64,000 bases of DNA from Candidatus Zhuqueibacterota bacterium (lineage in GTDB: Bacteria; Zhuqueibacterota; JdFR-76; DREG01), in contig JADFJB010000003.1 in NCBI GenBank assembly GCA_022566355.1, positions 15,377 through 79,376 on the forward strand, written 5' to 3'. Below the pieces are notes generated by a model that had not been told where the DNA came from, searched no databases, and was given only the letters and a program-made list of their open reading frames with translations. Below, piece after piece: positions 1-9,388 of the stretch (position 1 is its first letter; each line of letters opens with the position of its first letter). Both the position numbers and the translations under genes were made by a program.

Positions 1-1399
1 CAATTATGCCATCGTTGTTGAGGTCTAACCCGGCAAAACCGTCGTTATCCGTATCGACACCAGGAGTGTCAAAAAAACTGTTTGCTATGATTGCGTTTTT
101 ACCAAGATCCTCAAAAGCAGCCGGATCGTAAGAATTCAATCCTCTAGCAACATCCGGATCGCCACTACCGCCAATAATTGCAATAGTAAACAGAATTGAA
201 TCACCTGGAGCGAATATCTTAACTGTTTGGCCAAACATGGAGTCGTTCTGTTCTGTAATCGTGGAATCCCTGGTTCCCATTGGACCGACTGAAAGTAAAA
301 ATCTCGAAGGATCATTGGCAATAAATCCAAACGGACCCATAGGTACGGGAATCCTGGAGTCAAATTGATTATCGTCTGTATCGTATTGATTCCAGTCGAT
401 GGAGCCATTGCTCATAAGAATGTATTTTTCAGGATCATCTACCGGTGTGCCAATGGGATCTCCGGAATTGGGATCGCCGGTAAGGACATTGGGTGTTATG
501 GGGCCCCAATCTTCCTTAGAGTTTATATCAGAGTCACTCATCCACCAGTTAAAGGCAAGCGGAGCTGCACGCGAAGTCGGCCGTAAAATTCTAAACCCGA
601 CTACGCCTGCCATACACCCTTCACCACCATCGGTTTCGACAACCCAGGCTGTATTGACGACATCACCAAAAGAATTGACAGCCATAAATCCAGTAGCATC
701 ACTTTGATCGCCAGCATTCCCCCTACAACCCATATCGTTGTCAGCGAAAATACCTGCATAAAAATTCCTGATATAGTTATTACCGACATTTATTATCACC
801 AGGTCGAAAAAGACAATATCTTCGGCAAATGATAATGAAAACTGGTAACTTTTTTCGATTATTTCCAAACCAAGGGAACGTTGGTGTTTGGGTGGAGAAA
901 ATGAAAAGTTGGCTACATTCAAAAAAGTATCTGTATAAACAGCTATAAAATCTTCCTCCGAGACCGCAGATGGATGGTAGAATTCACTACTAGTAAGTGA
1001 AGAGCGAACTTCGATTGCCGAACGACTGTCCGGGTAATGAGGAAAGGTCTCAGCGAAATCTACAACACTCCAGGCTGAAGTGCCTTCGGAGACCAGGGTA
1101 TCCAGATCACCGGAATCATTCAAATCCGGCCCATTTGTTCCGTCCGATGGCACAATTCCGCCGAACCAAAATCCACCACGATTTATGTATCTGGGCAGGC
1201 CTTGAATATCGGTACCTGGCCAAAGTACACCTGCTGACTGGTTCCCGCCAATTTGACCATAATTCGTAATCGTTACCCAAAGCTTGCCGGTCTTGTGAAT
1301 TTTTGAATCGCTAAAATAGTTAGAAAATTGGGCAGGAAGTTCTCTGGTTACGCAAACAGTAGAGATCAGTAATAATGAATAGCATACGATCGCTTTCAT
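1..1399 (-). CDS. T9SS C-terminal-domain (CTD) secreted protein, N-terminal about 465 codons of a paralog of 2602..4830; 3' end lies beyond window start
   Basis: Minus-strand frame from ATG at 1397-1399 (MKAIVCYSLLLISTVCV... signal peptide) stays open to the window edge. It aligns residue-for-residue with the 742-aa protein (e.g. GGIVPSDGTNGPDLNDSGDLDTLVSEGTSAWSVVDFAETFPHYPD, SLGLEIIEKSYQFSLSFAEDIVFFDLVIIN). Near-identical nucleotide stretches are visible around 800-900 and 4200-4300. It is absent from the ORF track only because its stop is outside the window. Confidence 0.8.
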   Translation of the reverse strand, partial: MKAIVCYSLLLISTVCVTRELPAQFSNYFSDSKIHKTGKLWVTITNYGQIGGNQSAGVLWPGTDIQGLPRYINRGGFWFGGIVPSDGTNGPDLNDSGDLDTLVSEGTSAWSVVDFAETFPHYPDSRSAIEVRSSLTSSEFYHPSAVSEEDFIAVYTDTFLNVANFSFSPPKHQRSLGLEIIEKSYQFSLSFAEDIVFFDLVIINVGNNYIRNFYAGIFADNDMGCRGNAGDQSDATGFMAVNSFGDVVNTAWVVETDGGEGCMAGVVGFRILRPTSRAAPLAFNWWMSDSDINSKEDWGPITPNVLTGDPNSGDPIGTPVDDPEKYILMSNGSIDWNQYDTDDNQFDSRIPVPMGPFGFIANDPSRFLLSVGPMGTRDSTITEQNDSMFGQTVKIFAPGDSILFTIAIIGGSGDPDVARGLNSYDPAAFEDLGKNAIIANSFFDTPGVDTDNDGFAGLDLNNDGII

Positions 1400-1483
1400 A
1401 TAAAATTCCCCAAAAAAGGTTAAAAAAATGGCTCCATCAAATAAATAAAAGATGGAGCCATTTGAGACTAAGGATTATTAAAT

Positions 1484-2539
1484 CTAAAAGCCTAATAATA
1501 CGGAGAATCTTACCAAGTCATCAAAGTTTGTCATTTTGGTCCAGGATACATCGAATCGGCCGTTAACTCCGCTTACATCGAGATTAATGCCTGCGCCAAA
1601 GGATAATGATTCGGCAAAACCGGATCCATCTTCAATCTTGATACCATCATCGTCCAGTATATCATTATTTTCTTCGTCAATTTTAAAGCCAGTGCGAAGG
1701 AAAATCAGGTCATGATAACCATATTCGAGGCCGACGCTCTGGTACCTGAGGTTATCGTTAGGTTGATTTAATTGGCCTGTTAGCCACAATTTACTGTCAT
1801 CGGAATACATTAAGTCGACTGCCACACCAAACCTGAAAGTTAATGGCATAGGAAAGGATTGGCTTTCGAAGCCCACATCACTTTCGCTACCGAAAGTAAT
1901 ATCAGGTCCAAAATTTGAAATTGACATCCCCAAACGTGCGTGTCGATAGCCAGCAAAGTATATGGTGCCAATATCAAATGCAACCGTTCGTGAGTCGAAA
2001 CCAGCTAAATCCTGGGCAATAAATTTTGCAGTGCCGCCTATGGCAAATCTATCCGTTAAGCTTTTGGAATAGGTTAGCCCGATGGCAATTTCAGTGGCGC
2101 TAAAGTTCTCACCTGTGGGTCCCTGGAAAGCTACCGTCACCGGAATGTCCCCGGTGGTCAACGCGATGAAACTCAAGGCGAATGTTCCCATGGAATTGGT
2201 CGGCAGTATAAAACTACCAAAGTAATGTGCCAAACCTGCGGGCAAGTTAGTATGATTGAAAAAGGCTTGCCTATTCTCAATTAAAGCTAAAACTCCAGGA
2301 TTATAGAATGCGCCGCTGGCATCATCTACAAGAGCAACAAATGTTTCACCCATACCGGTTGCCCTGGCGCTTACTCCAAGCTGCAGAAATTGAGCCGCTG
2401 CAGTTCCAGTCCTAGATGCACCGCCCAAAACTGTTATGGCACCTTGATTATTATCTTGAGCCAAAAGTGAGAATGGAAAAAATGAAACCAGCAACACCAG
2501 GGCTAAGAAAACTCGAATTGATTTTTTTATTGTTTTCAT
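1484..2539 (-). CDS. outer-membrane beta-barrel protein, candidate T9SS-associated PorP/SprF- or PorV/PorQ-like partner of the flanking cargo genes
   Basis: Signal peptide (MKTIKKSIRVFLALVLLVSFFPFSLLAQ), alternating hydrophobic beta-strand pattern and a C-terminal aromatic residue (...SVLLGF). It is encoded between two T9SS-CTD cargo paralogs on the same strand. The family assignment is inference from architecture and context only. Confidence 0.5.
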   Translation of the reverse strand: MKTIKKSIRVFLALVLLVSFFPFSLLAQDNNQGAITVLGGASRTGTAAAQFLQLGVSARATGMGETFVALVDDASGAFYNPGVLALIENRQAFFNHTNLPAGLAHYFGSFILPTNSMGTFALSFIALTTGDIPVTVAFQGPTGENFSATEIAIGLTYSKSLTDRFAIGGTAKFIAQDLAGFDSRTVAFDIGTIYFAGYRHARLGMSISNFGPDITFGSESDVGFESQSFPMPLTFRFGVAVDLMYSDDSKLWLTGQLNQPNDNLRYQSVGLEYGYHDLIFLRTGFKIDEENNDILDDDGIKIEDGSGFAESLSFGAGINLDVSGVNGRFDVSWTKMTNFDDLVRFSVLLGF

Positions 2540-2601
2540 AAAGGACTCCCTACCTTATCGATAGTTAAAAGTTTTTTATTCATTTAATTTCTCATGGTTT
2601 A

Positions 2602-4830
2602 TTATTTTATTACAACAAACCTACCGACTTTTTGATCTCCATTATCAGATTCGACTGAATAGAGGTAAATGCCGCTTGCAATCGGTCTGGTGTTTCTTGA
2701 AAGTAAGTTCCACCGAGCTCGGGATGACATAGGATCGTCATGCCGGATGGTATCGACCAAATCACCATCCACGGTAAATATTCGAATGGTGCATTTTGCC
2801 GGGACATTTACAAAATCGATAACGCGGAAGTTTTCGACTGCAACATTATTCGGTAATCCAAAATCCTCAAAACCGGAACGCTCTATATAAGGATTAGGCT
2901 CAGTCCAGATCTCTTGATCACCAAAACCTCCTGAAGTCTCTGCTGCTGGTGAGGCGGCTATTTTAATTCCATTTATTAGTGGGCTCGAGGCTAAGGTTTC
3001 GATTCCAAATGAGGGGGCGCCGCGATCAAAAGAAACTACTGCATAAGTGTATTCCAAACCATTTGGAACGTGGTCAACATAAGTGAAAGATAAACCTGTG
3101 TTGCGGCCTAAGTCATTATCCGGTAAATCATATTCTGCTAATATTTCAAAGGTTCCTAAAATACCGGTTGCACTTCTTAATACGCGGAATCCTTCGAAGT
3201 CCTTACTTTCATCTTCGGGTGTATTCGGATCATCTGAAACAAATGGATCTTTAAAGTTCAATGGCAAATTAGGATCGTTTGCATCGTAGCCCGGGCTTGA
3301 GGGATCTGCTTCCGACCAATCCAGGGTTATTGTATGGTCGCCAGGGGTAACCTTGAGTGGTGGTGATGGCGGAGGTGGCGGACCTGTAAAATCAGGAACC
3401 CCGTCCCCGGTATCGATAACGCCGTCACCGTCCAAATCGTCACCGAAATAGCCATCTCCGTCGGTGTCGACGCCCGGGTTATCAAACATAATTCCTGCCA
3501 TAAAGGCATTTCGACCTAAATCTACAAAAGATGCCGGGTCGAATGAGCCCAATGCTTGTGATATGGCAGCATCACCTTCACCGCCAATAATAGCATAGGT
3601 GAATAAAACAGTATCACCAGGGGCAAAGATCTTAACTGTCTGACCAAACATTGGATCGCTCGGGTCAGATATGGTTTCTTCCGTAGCTCCAAGAGGACCG
3701 AAAGAAATTAAAAATCGTGAGTTATCATTGGGATCGACACCAGCCGGAATATTTGGATTAAACTCCAGTGTCTCCGGATCGAATTGAGGATCATCAAAGG
3801 ATCCATTACTCATGAAGACGTATTTTTCAACGTCAACTTCCGGGGTGCCGACTTGCTCTCCATCATTTGGATCACCGGTATAAACGTTAGGTGTTATCGG
3901 TCCCCAGTCGTTTTTTGTGCTGATGTCGGAATCACTCATCCACCAGTTAAAAGAAACCTGGCCTTCTTCTGCTGTTGGCCGTAAAACCCGAACCCCTACA
4001 ACACCGGGCATGCAACCATCATCTCCATCAGGCTCCACAACCCAGGAAGTATTTACTCTATCACCAGTGGAATTAAATTGCATAAATCCTGTGGCGTCAT
4101 CTCTTTGGGACGCGTTTCCTATACAGCCCATGTCATTGTCGGCAAAAAATCCAGCATAAGCATTCCTGATACGGTTATTCCCGATATTTATGATCACCAG
4201 GTCGAAAAAGACAATATCCTCGGCAAAAGATAGGGAAAACTGGTAACTTTTTTCGATTATTTCCAAACCGAGTGCACGTTGGTGTTTGGGTGGAGCAAAT
4301 GGAAAGCCGGCAGCATTTAAAAAAGTATCTGAATATACCGCTATAAAGTCTTCTTCCGAGACCGCATCCGGATGGAAGAATGGACTACTCACAAGCGAAG
4401 AGCGAACTTCGATTGCCGAGCGATCGTCAGGATAATGAGGAAAGGTCTCAGCAAAATCTACAACACTCCAGGCTGAAGTGCCCTCGGAAACCAGGGTATC
4501 TAAATCACCGGGGTCATTTAAATCGGGGCCGCTGGTTGCATCGGATGGTACAATACCGCCGAACCACAATGCGCCGCGATTGATATACCGTGCCTGTCGG
4601 CCTACGAGGTCGGTACCAGGCCAGAACACACCACCCGTTGAATTCGTACCAAACTGACCAAAATTGGTGACCATGACCCATATTTTCCCATTTCTATGCT
4701 GTCTTGAATCGGCAAAATAATTTGCAAATTGTGCGAACAGGTTTCCGCTGGATAAGAATAATAACACCATAAGGAAACCTATGCCGCGACTAATCAATTT
4801 CGTTTTCATAATTGCTCCTTTATTAAACAC
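2602..4830 (-). CDS. T9SS C-terminal sorting domain-containing secreted protein (742 aa) with Pro-rich linker and Asp-rich Ca-binding-like repeats
   Basis: Signal peptide. C-terminus ...ASGIYLYSVESDNGDQKVGRFVVIK is a typical Por/T9SS CTD. Contains a PPPPPSPP linker and DTDGDGYFGDDLDGDGVIDTGDGVPD calcium-binding-like repeats. Tandem paralog of 1..1399. The start may be the internal Met MKTKLIS at about 4809. Confidence 0.85.
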   Translation of the reverse strand: MFNKGAIMKTKLISRGIGFLMVLLFLSSGNLFAQFANYFADSRQHRNGKIWVMVTNFGQFGTNSTGGVFWPGTDLVGRQARYINRGALWFGGIVPSDATSGPDLNDPGDLDTLVSEGTSAWSVVDFAETFPHYPDDRSAIEVRSSLVSSPFFHPDAVSEEDFIAVYSDTFLNAAGFPFAPPKHQRALGLEIIEKSYQFSLSFAEDIVFFDLVIINIGNNRIRNAYAGFFADNDMGCIGNASQRDDATGFMQFNSTGDRVNTSWVVEPDGDDGCMPGVVGVRVLRPTAEEGQVSFNWWMSDSDISTKNDWGPITPNVYTGDPNDGEQVGTPEVDVEKYVFMSNGSFDDPQFDPETLEFNPNIPAGVDPNDNSRFLISFGPLGATEETISDPSDPMFGQTVKIFAPGDTVLFTYAIIGGEGDAAISQALGSFDPASFVDLGRNAFMAGIMFDNPGVDTDGDGYFGDDLDGDGVIDTGDGVPDFTGPPPPPSPPLKVTPGDHTITLDWSEADPSSPGYDANDPNLPLNFKDPFVSDDPNTPEDESKDFEGFRVLRSATGILGTFEILAEYDLPDNDLGRNTGLSFTYVDHVPNGLEYTYAVVSFDRGAPSFGIETLASSPLINGIKIAASPAAETSGGFGDQEIWTEPNPYIERSGFEDFGLPNNVAVENFRVIDFVNVPAKCTIRIFTVDGDLVDTIRHDDPMSSRARWNLLSRNTRPIASGIYLYSVESDNGDQKVGRFVVIK

Positions 4831-4864
4831 CTAATTTTTTGCATTATGCTTATCTGAATTAAAA

Positions 4865-7800
4865 TTAAAACCGCAAGCCAAATCCAAATAGAATTTGCCT
4901 GGGTGGGCCTAATTGATTCGGTTGTAGATCCCGAGGGGTACCGTCTCCCTCAATATTACCGTGGGGAAAGGTTTTGGTTTCTAAAACATTTGTTTCCGGA
5001 TTTTCAATTGTGCAAGTGATACAACGGTGAGCGTCATCGCCTTGTAAGAAGAGAACATTTCTTCTATTAAACAGGTTGTTGACATCCAAATAGAATGTTG
5101 CAAAAATATCAGACATGAGTTTGAAGTCCTTTCGAAAACGAAGATCCAACTCGCTGAAATAGGACAGCCGCTCGTTATTTACGATTCTACTAGGGTCGAG
5201 TTCGCTATCAAGAGTAAAAGGCTGACCACTGCCGTAGCGCCAAAATAAAGTCAGTGAGGCACGATCGATCGTCGTTCCAAACAGATCGATACCTCGGCCG
5301 GCAGGTAATTCAAACCGGATATTGGCATTAATGGTATGACGTTGATCCCAACTCGAATTAATTTCATTTATGTTTGAGTAGGGTATAGTAGAGTTTGTTA
5401 AGTTAAACGTTGATGATCGTGCGGTGGCCCACATGAGAGTATAATTAATATTGGCGGCATAATAATTACTAAATCGTTTTATGAGATCAAATTCGAATCC
5501 GCGGTCCTGACCATAGTCTTTGTTCACTAAAATGCGAAACGGAGCCGCTTCCGGACCAAAAATTTCCGAGTTGATTTGGTTGCGGATATCTTTATAAAAT
5601 CCGGTTACGCCAATTTTGAGATCATCTGTTAGTTGGTGATCGAAACCGATTTCATAAGAAATGGTTTCTTCTGCCTCGAGGTCGGGATTACCAAAAGTGT
5701 TTAGCTGGTTCTGGAATACACGAAAACGATTTTGCCGGCGGTACAATTCACTCAAGGTAGGTATTTGTACGAACCGTCCATAGAAGAAGTATAACCTGCT
5801 GCGATCTGTGATTGGATGTGATAAACCAAGCCGGGGTGAAAAGTAATTTTTAGTGTTAATGCGCTTTTTTTCAGAATCTTCGGTTAAAAAGGCTTCACCC
5901 TGTTCAAATACCTGGGCGCCAGCATCAAAACGATCGAATCGAAAGCCGATATTAGCAATTAATGATTCGAATTCGATTTTATCCTGAATATAAACAGCGC
6001 CTGAATTGGGGTAGCGGATATAAAAATCCCGCAATGAACCGGAGGTGATATATGGGCCATTGTCCGGTGGATTTACACGGCGGGAAGGCACTTTACTATC
6101 GGCATCGCTAATTTGCTGCTGCTGCAATATACTATAGTCCCAATTAAAGCCAATTTTTACTTCGTTATGCCTGTTAAACTGGGTAAGGTAATCGACTTTT
6201 AAAGAATATTTTCGGGTATCATGTTGTGACCAATCATCTCCATACCCAACTGCATTAAAAGCAGTACGGGGGTCTAATCTCCCTAATTTTTCATCTGCAG
6301 AGTCTATGGCATCCAGGAATCCATCAGGATTTCCACTGTTGGTCGTGCCAAAATCTGCTCCCAGTCCGTCTAAAAGACGATTGTTCATTGCATCGGGCAG
6401 TAATCTGATGCCATTTCTCATACCCGGATAGGTTTCTCTGAAATTGTCTAATAAGGCAATCTTTACTTGATAAAACGTTTTAGGGCTTAGAGTATGGCTC
6501 CAGCTAAAAACGGTATTGGAATTCCTGCCCTCCGTTTGAGTCGTGCGTTCCGGCAGCCATTTCCAGGTGTTGTGATTATGGCTATCCCGCCAGAATTGCG
6601 AGCCGGTAAAACTAAGGCTGGTATTAATCTGGTTATTCACCCGGTAACTTACGCGGGCGCTATAGTTTAAATCATTCCTGAATCTGCCACCCCAATCGAT
6701 ACCCAGAAAATTTTGTTGGAACGGATGATCCACCTGCCTGGGATTTACTAAGGTGAGATCACCGCTAGGCGCTTCACCGGGTTCTTCAATCTTACCTTCT
6801 TCAAAGGTGAATTGTTCATCGAATGTAGTTAGTTGACCGCTTTGATCCTCGTTAGGGAGGTATCCATCCGTGCTAAAAGCCGTTCCTGAGATAAAAAAGT
6901 TCACCTTACCTTGCAAGCCGGTAAAACCCAATGCCGGTAAAATCCTATTGGTGATTGGCTCCGGACCGCCCAAATTGAATTCTGTTCGATCTGAGTTAAA
7001 CGAATTGCTGCGAACGCCAGGTCCTATTCCCTTAAAATAATCTGTAGATAACACGTCCAGGGGATTTTCAGCGCCGGAAAGTACATCTGATGGGAAGCGG
7101 CCGCTGCCAGTAATATGGTCGGTAAAATGTGCAATTCTACCGGATAACTTTGGGCCACCGCCCCGGGTAATAATGTTTACTACTCCTGATTGTGTATTGC
7201 CATATTCCGCTTGGAAACCACCCGTTAAAAGCTCGATTTCCTGCACAGCATATTTACCAATGCTTACGATTTCACTATTAAACAGAGGATCGTTCACTGA
7301 CATTCCGTCTACAAGGTATACAACCTCACCGGAACGACCGCCGCGAGCATGAATTTCTTCACCCTCGCCGACGATGCCAGGCATCAATGAGATGGCGTCG
7401 GTGACGGTTGAGACGTTAGGAAGATCTTCGATTTCGGCTGCAGTTATTCGAGTAGAAGAAGACGTCATATCTTTAATAACGAGGGGTCGTTCGGAGACGA
7501 TCGTCACGGCTTCACCTAATAATGTAGTGATTTCAAGGTTAAAATTAATAGTGGTCGTCAAATCCGCCGAAACTTGTACATTGGTTGTCCGAACTTTTTT
7601 GTAACCAATCACACTGGAAACAACCGTATACGTACCCGGCCGCATCTTCAAGATCGTATAATAACCGTTTATATCTGTTGCTGCACCCTGGGTTGTACCT
7701 TCGATAATGACATTAGCGCCAGGTATTGGGTCGCCTGTTTGTCCATCAACAACCCGGCCGGCAATTTTACCTGTTTCACCGAAATTGGCGGCTTGTACAA

Positions 7801-7870
7801 AGCCGATACTAAAAACAACGGTGAAACAGAGTAAAAACCCGCTAACTTTAAATAGTGTTTTAAGTTTCAT
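4865..7870 (-). CDS. TonB-dependent outer-membrane receptor with N-terminal carboxypeptidase-regulatory-like domain
   Basis: 1001 aa with a signal peptide. An N-terminal CarbopepD_reg-like segment (GKIAGRVVDGQTGDPIPGANVIIEGTTQGAATDINGYYTI) is followed by plug and barrel regions, and the C-terminus is ...FGFGLRF. Confidence 0.9.
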   Translation of the reverse strand: MKLKTLFKVSGFLLCFTVVFSIGFVQAANFGETGKIAGRVVDGQTGDPIPGANVIIEGTTQGAATDINGYYTILKMRPGTYTVVSSVIGYKKVRTTNVQVSADLTTTINFNLEITTLLGEAVTIVSERPLVIKDMTSSSTRITAAEIEDLPNVSTVTDAISLMPGIVGEGEEIHARGGRSGEVVYLVDGMSVNDPLFNSEIVSIGKYAVQEIELLTGGFQAEYGNTQSGVVNIITRGGGPKLSGRIAHFTDHITGSGRFPSDVLSGAENPLDVLSTDYFKGIGPGVRSNSFNSDRTEFNLGGPEPITNRILPALGFTGLQGKVNFFISGTAFSTDGYLPNEDQSGQLTTFDEQFTFEEGKIEEPGEAPSGDLTLVNPRQVDHPFQQNFLGIDWGGRFRNDLNYSARVSYRVNNQINTSLSFTGSQFWRDSHNHNTWKWLPERTTQTEGRNSNTVFSWSHTLSPKTFYQVKIALLDNFRETYPGMRNGIRLLPDAMNNRLLDGLGADFGTTNSGNPDGFLDAIDSADEKLGRLDPRTAFNAVGYGDDWSQHDTRKYSLKVDYLTQFNRHNEVKIGFNWDYSILQQQQISDADSKVPSRRVNPPDNGPYITSGSLRDFYIRYPNSGAVYIQDKIEFESLIANIGFRFDRFDAGAQVFEQGEAFLTEDSEKKRINTKNYFSPRLGLSHPITDRSRLYFFYGRFVQIPTLSELYRRQNRFRVFQNQLNTFGNPDLEAEETISYEIGFDHQLTDDLKIGVTGFYKDIRNQINSEIFGPEAAPFRILVNKDYGQDRGFEFDLIKRFSNYYAANINYTLMWATARSSTFNLTNSTIPYSNINEINSSWDQRHTINANIRFELPAGRGIDLFGTTIDRASLTLFWRYGSGQPFTLDSELDPSRIVNNERLSYFSELDLRFRKDFKLMSDIFATFYLDVNNLFNRRNVLFLQGDDAHRCITCTIENPETNVLETKTFPHGNIEGDGTPRDLQPNQLGPPRQILFGFGLRF

Positions 7871-7900
7871 AGCTAGGTCTCCTTTTTTTTAGTGATATTT

Positions 7901-9340
7901 TTATTGTCCCATTTCTCTCATAATTTCTTGTGCCAATGCCGTTGAATTGCGCAGGCTGGCTTTTACGTTGGAATTTTCAAATAACGGAAAAGTCATAAAA
8001 ACCACTTCTGTATTTGTGCCGCCTACCGGGAAGCGTAATGCAACATTCCCTATTTCATCTTGCAGACCACCTTTGCCGATATAAATAATTTCTGCATCTG
8101 GACCAGGAAAGAATTCGTCAACATCACCAGACTGAACGTCTATAGTAACCCGTGGAAAGTTGACCGGATCACCCAATGTATTATCTGCAAAACTAAATTT
8201 AAGATCGCCGTCAAAATCGCCTGCACGGCTCCATCTTATTGTGGGATCGATTAGTGTGTCACCTGTCGCACCAGCCACATGTAGATAGACTACTTCAAAT
8301 TCCGTTGGATCGGGCGGATTACTGTGATTATTACCCGGTCCTGCGGGAGATGAAAAGATTTCCATAATTCCCTGGCCCATAATCCAGAGCTTTCCACCGC
8401 CATCCGCAAATTCGGAAAGTTGAACCGGAGCTTCCGGGTAAGCATCGCCAATTTCGTGCCACATGGAAGATCCACTTCCATATAACACAGCTACCTGGAA
8501 TGGAGTTAAATCAGCAGTTACTGGGATTCCTTGCTCGGCGATATCCCAGGTATCGAAGGCAAAACCTTCGAGAATAGCGGCATAGAAACCATCTTCATCG
8601 ATTTCATCCAAGACGCTGCCCTGGGGATTATCATCGACAATAAGGACAGTAGGGAGTTTTACTTCATATTCTATCTCGGTGGTTGAGACCTCGCCATCAT
8701 TGTCCTGGGCTTCCAATGTAAAGGTATAAGTATCGGGCGCAGCAGGTACAACGAATCCGGCTGTCGTTCCTAAAGCAAATTCACCAAAAGCTCCACCCTC
8801 TGTGCTGCGCCAGCGATAGCCGGTAATTGAACCGAATTTGTCCGGATCTGTACCGCTCCATTGAAACTTTGCGGTTTGACCGGGAGCATAAGCCGGGGTT
8901 GCACCGCTGCCGCCCGAAGAGGCGCTGCCGCGGGCGCCGGAAATGAGGACTTGTGGAGGTCCTGTATTGGCGCCAACATTGAATGTCCTGGAGACTGTGG
9001 CTGTCTCACTTCCGCCGGTTGCAGTTACCGTAAATGTATAACTACCCGAAGGCTGCCCATTATATGTTTTTGATATTTCATTTGTAGATACAAGTGAAGC
9101 ATCAACCCCTGATAATTGAATCTGAAAGCTTACACTTGCTCCCCCACCACGTGCTCGCCATTCGAAGGAGAAGCGCGAATTATTTAATATGGTTCCGCCC
9201 TCTGCGGGACCTGCAATAATCTCGACTATAAGCGCCTGGGTAAAGGCTGTTATGGTTTTATCATCCTTGGCGCAGGAAAACAAAAGCGCCAAAGATAGTA
9301 TGAAGTAAGGAGCGCTTCTCTTAATTATTGTTTTTAACAT
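7901..9340 (-). CDS. surface lipoprotein with Ig/FN3-like repeats (hypothetical)
   Basis: Lipobox LALLFSC after the signal peptide. Gly/Ser/Thr-rich beta-sandwich-like repeats. Sits in an operon with the TonB receptor. Confidence 0.6.
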   Translation of the reverse strand: MLKTIIKRSAPYFILSLALLFSCAKDDKTITAFTQALIVEIIAGPAEGGTILNNSRFSFEWRARGGGASVSFQIQLSGVDASLVSTNEISKTYNGQPSGSYTFTVTATGGSETATVSRTFNVGANTGPPQVLISGARGSASSGGSGATPAYAPGQTAKFQWSGTDPDKFGSITGYRWRSTEGGAFGEFALGTTAGFVVPAAPDTYTFTLEAQDNDGEVSTTEIEYEVKLPTVLIVDDNPQGSVLDEIDEDGFYAAILEGFAFDTWDIAEQGIPVTADLTPFQVAVLYGSGSSMWHEIGDAYPEAPVQLSEFADGGGKLWIMGQGIMEIFSSPAGPGNNHSNPPDPTEFEVVYLHVAGATGDTLIDPTIRWSRAGDFDGDLKFSFADNTLGDPVNFPRVTIDVQSGDVDEFFPGPDAEIIYIGKGGLQDEIGNVALRFPVGGTNTEVVFMTFPLFENSNVKASLRNSTALAQEIMREMGQ

Positions 9341-9388
9341 ATTAGAATCTCCTAAAATTTAAGTCCTTCATATCATATTTTAAAATGT

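Noticed and set aside
2610-4583. Multiple 60-80-aa ORFs antisense to or out of frame with the T9SS cargo gene (e.g. 2610..2807, 2669..2890, 3917..4159, 4380..4583)
   Set aside because: They are shadow ORFs inside a well-supported long CDS.
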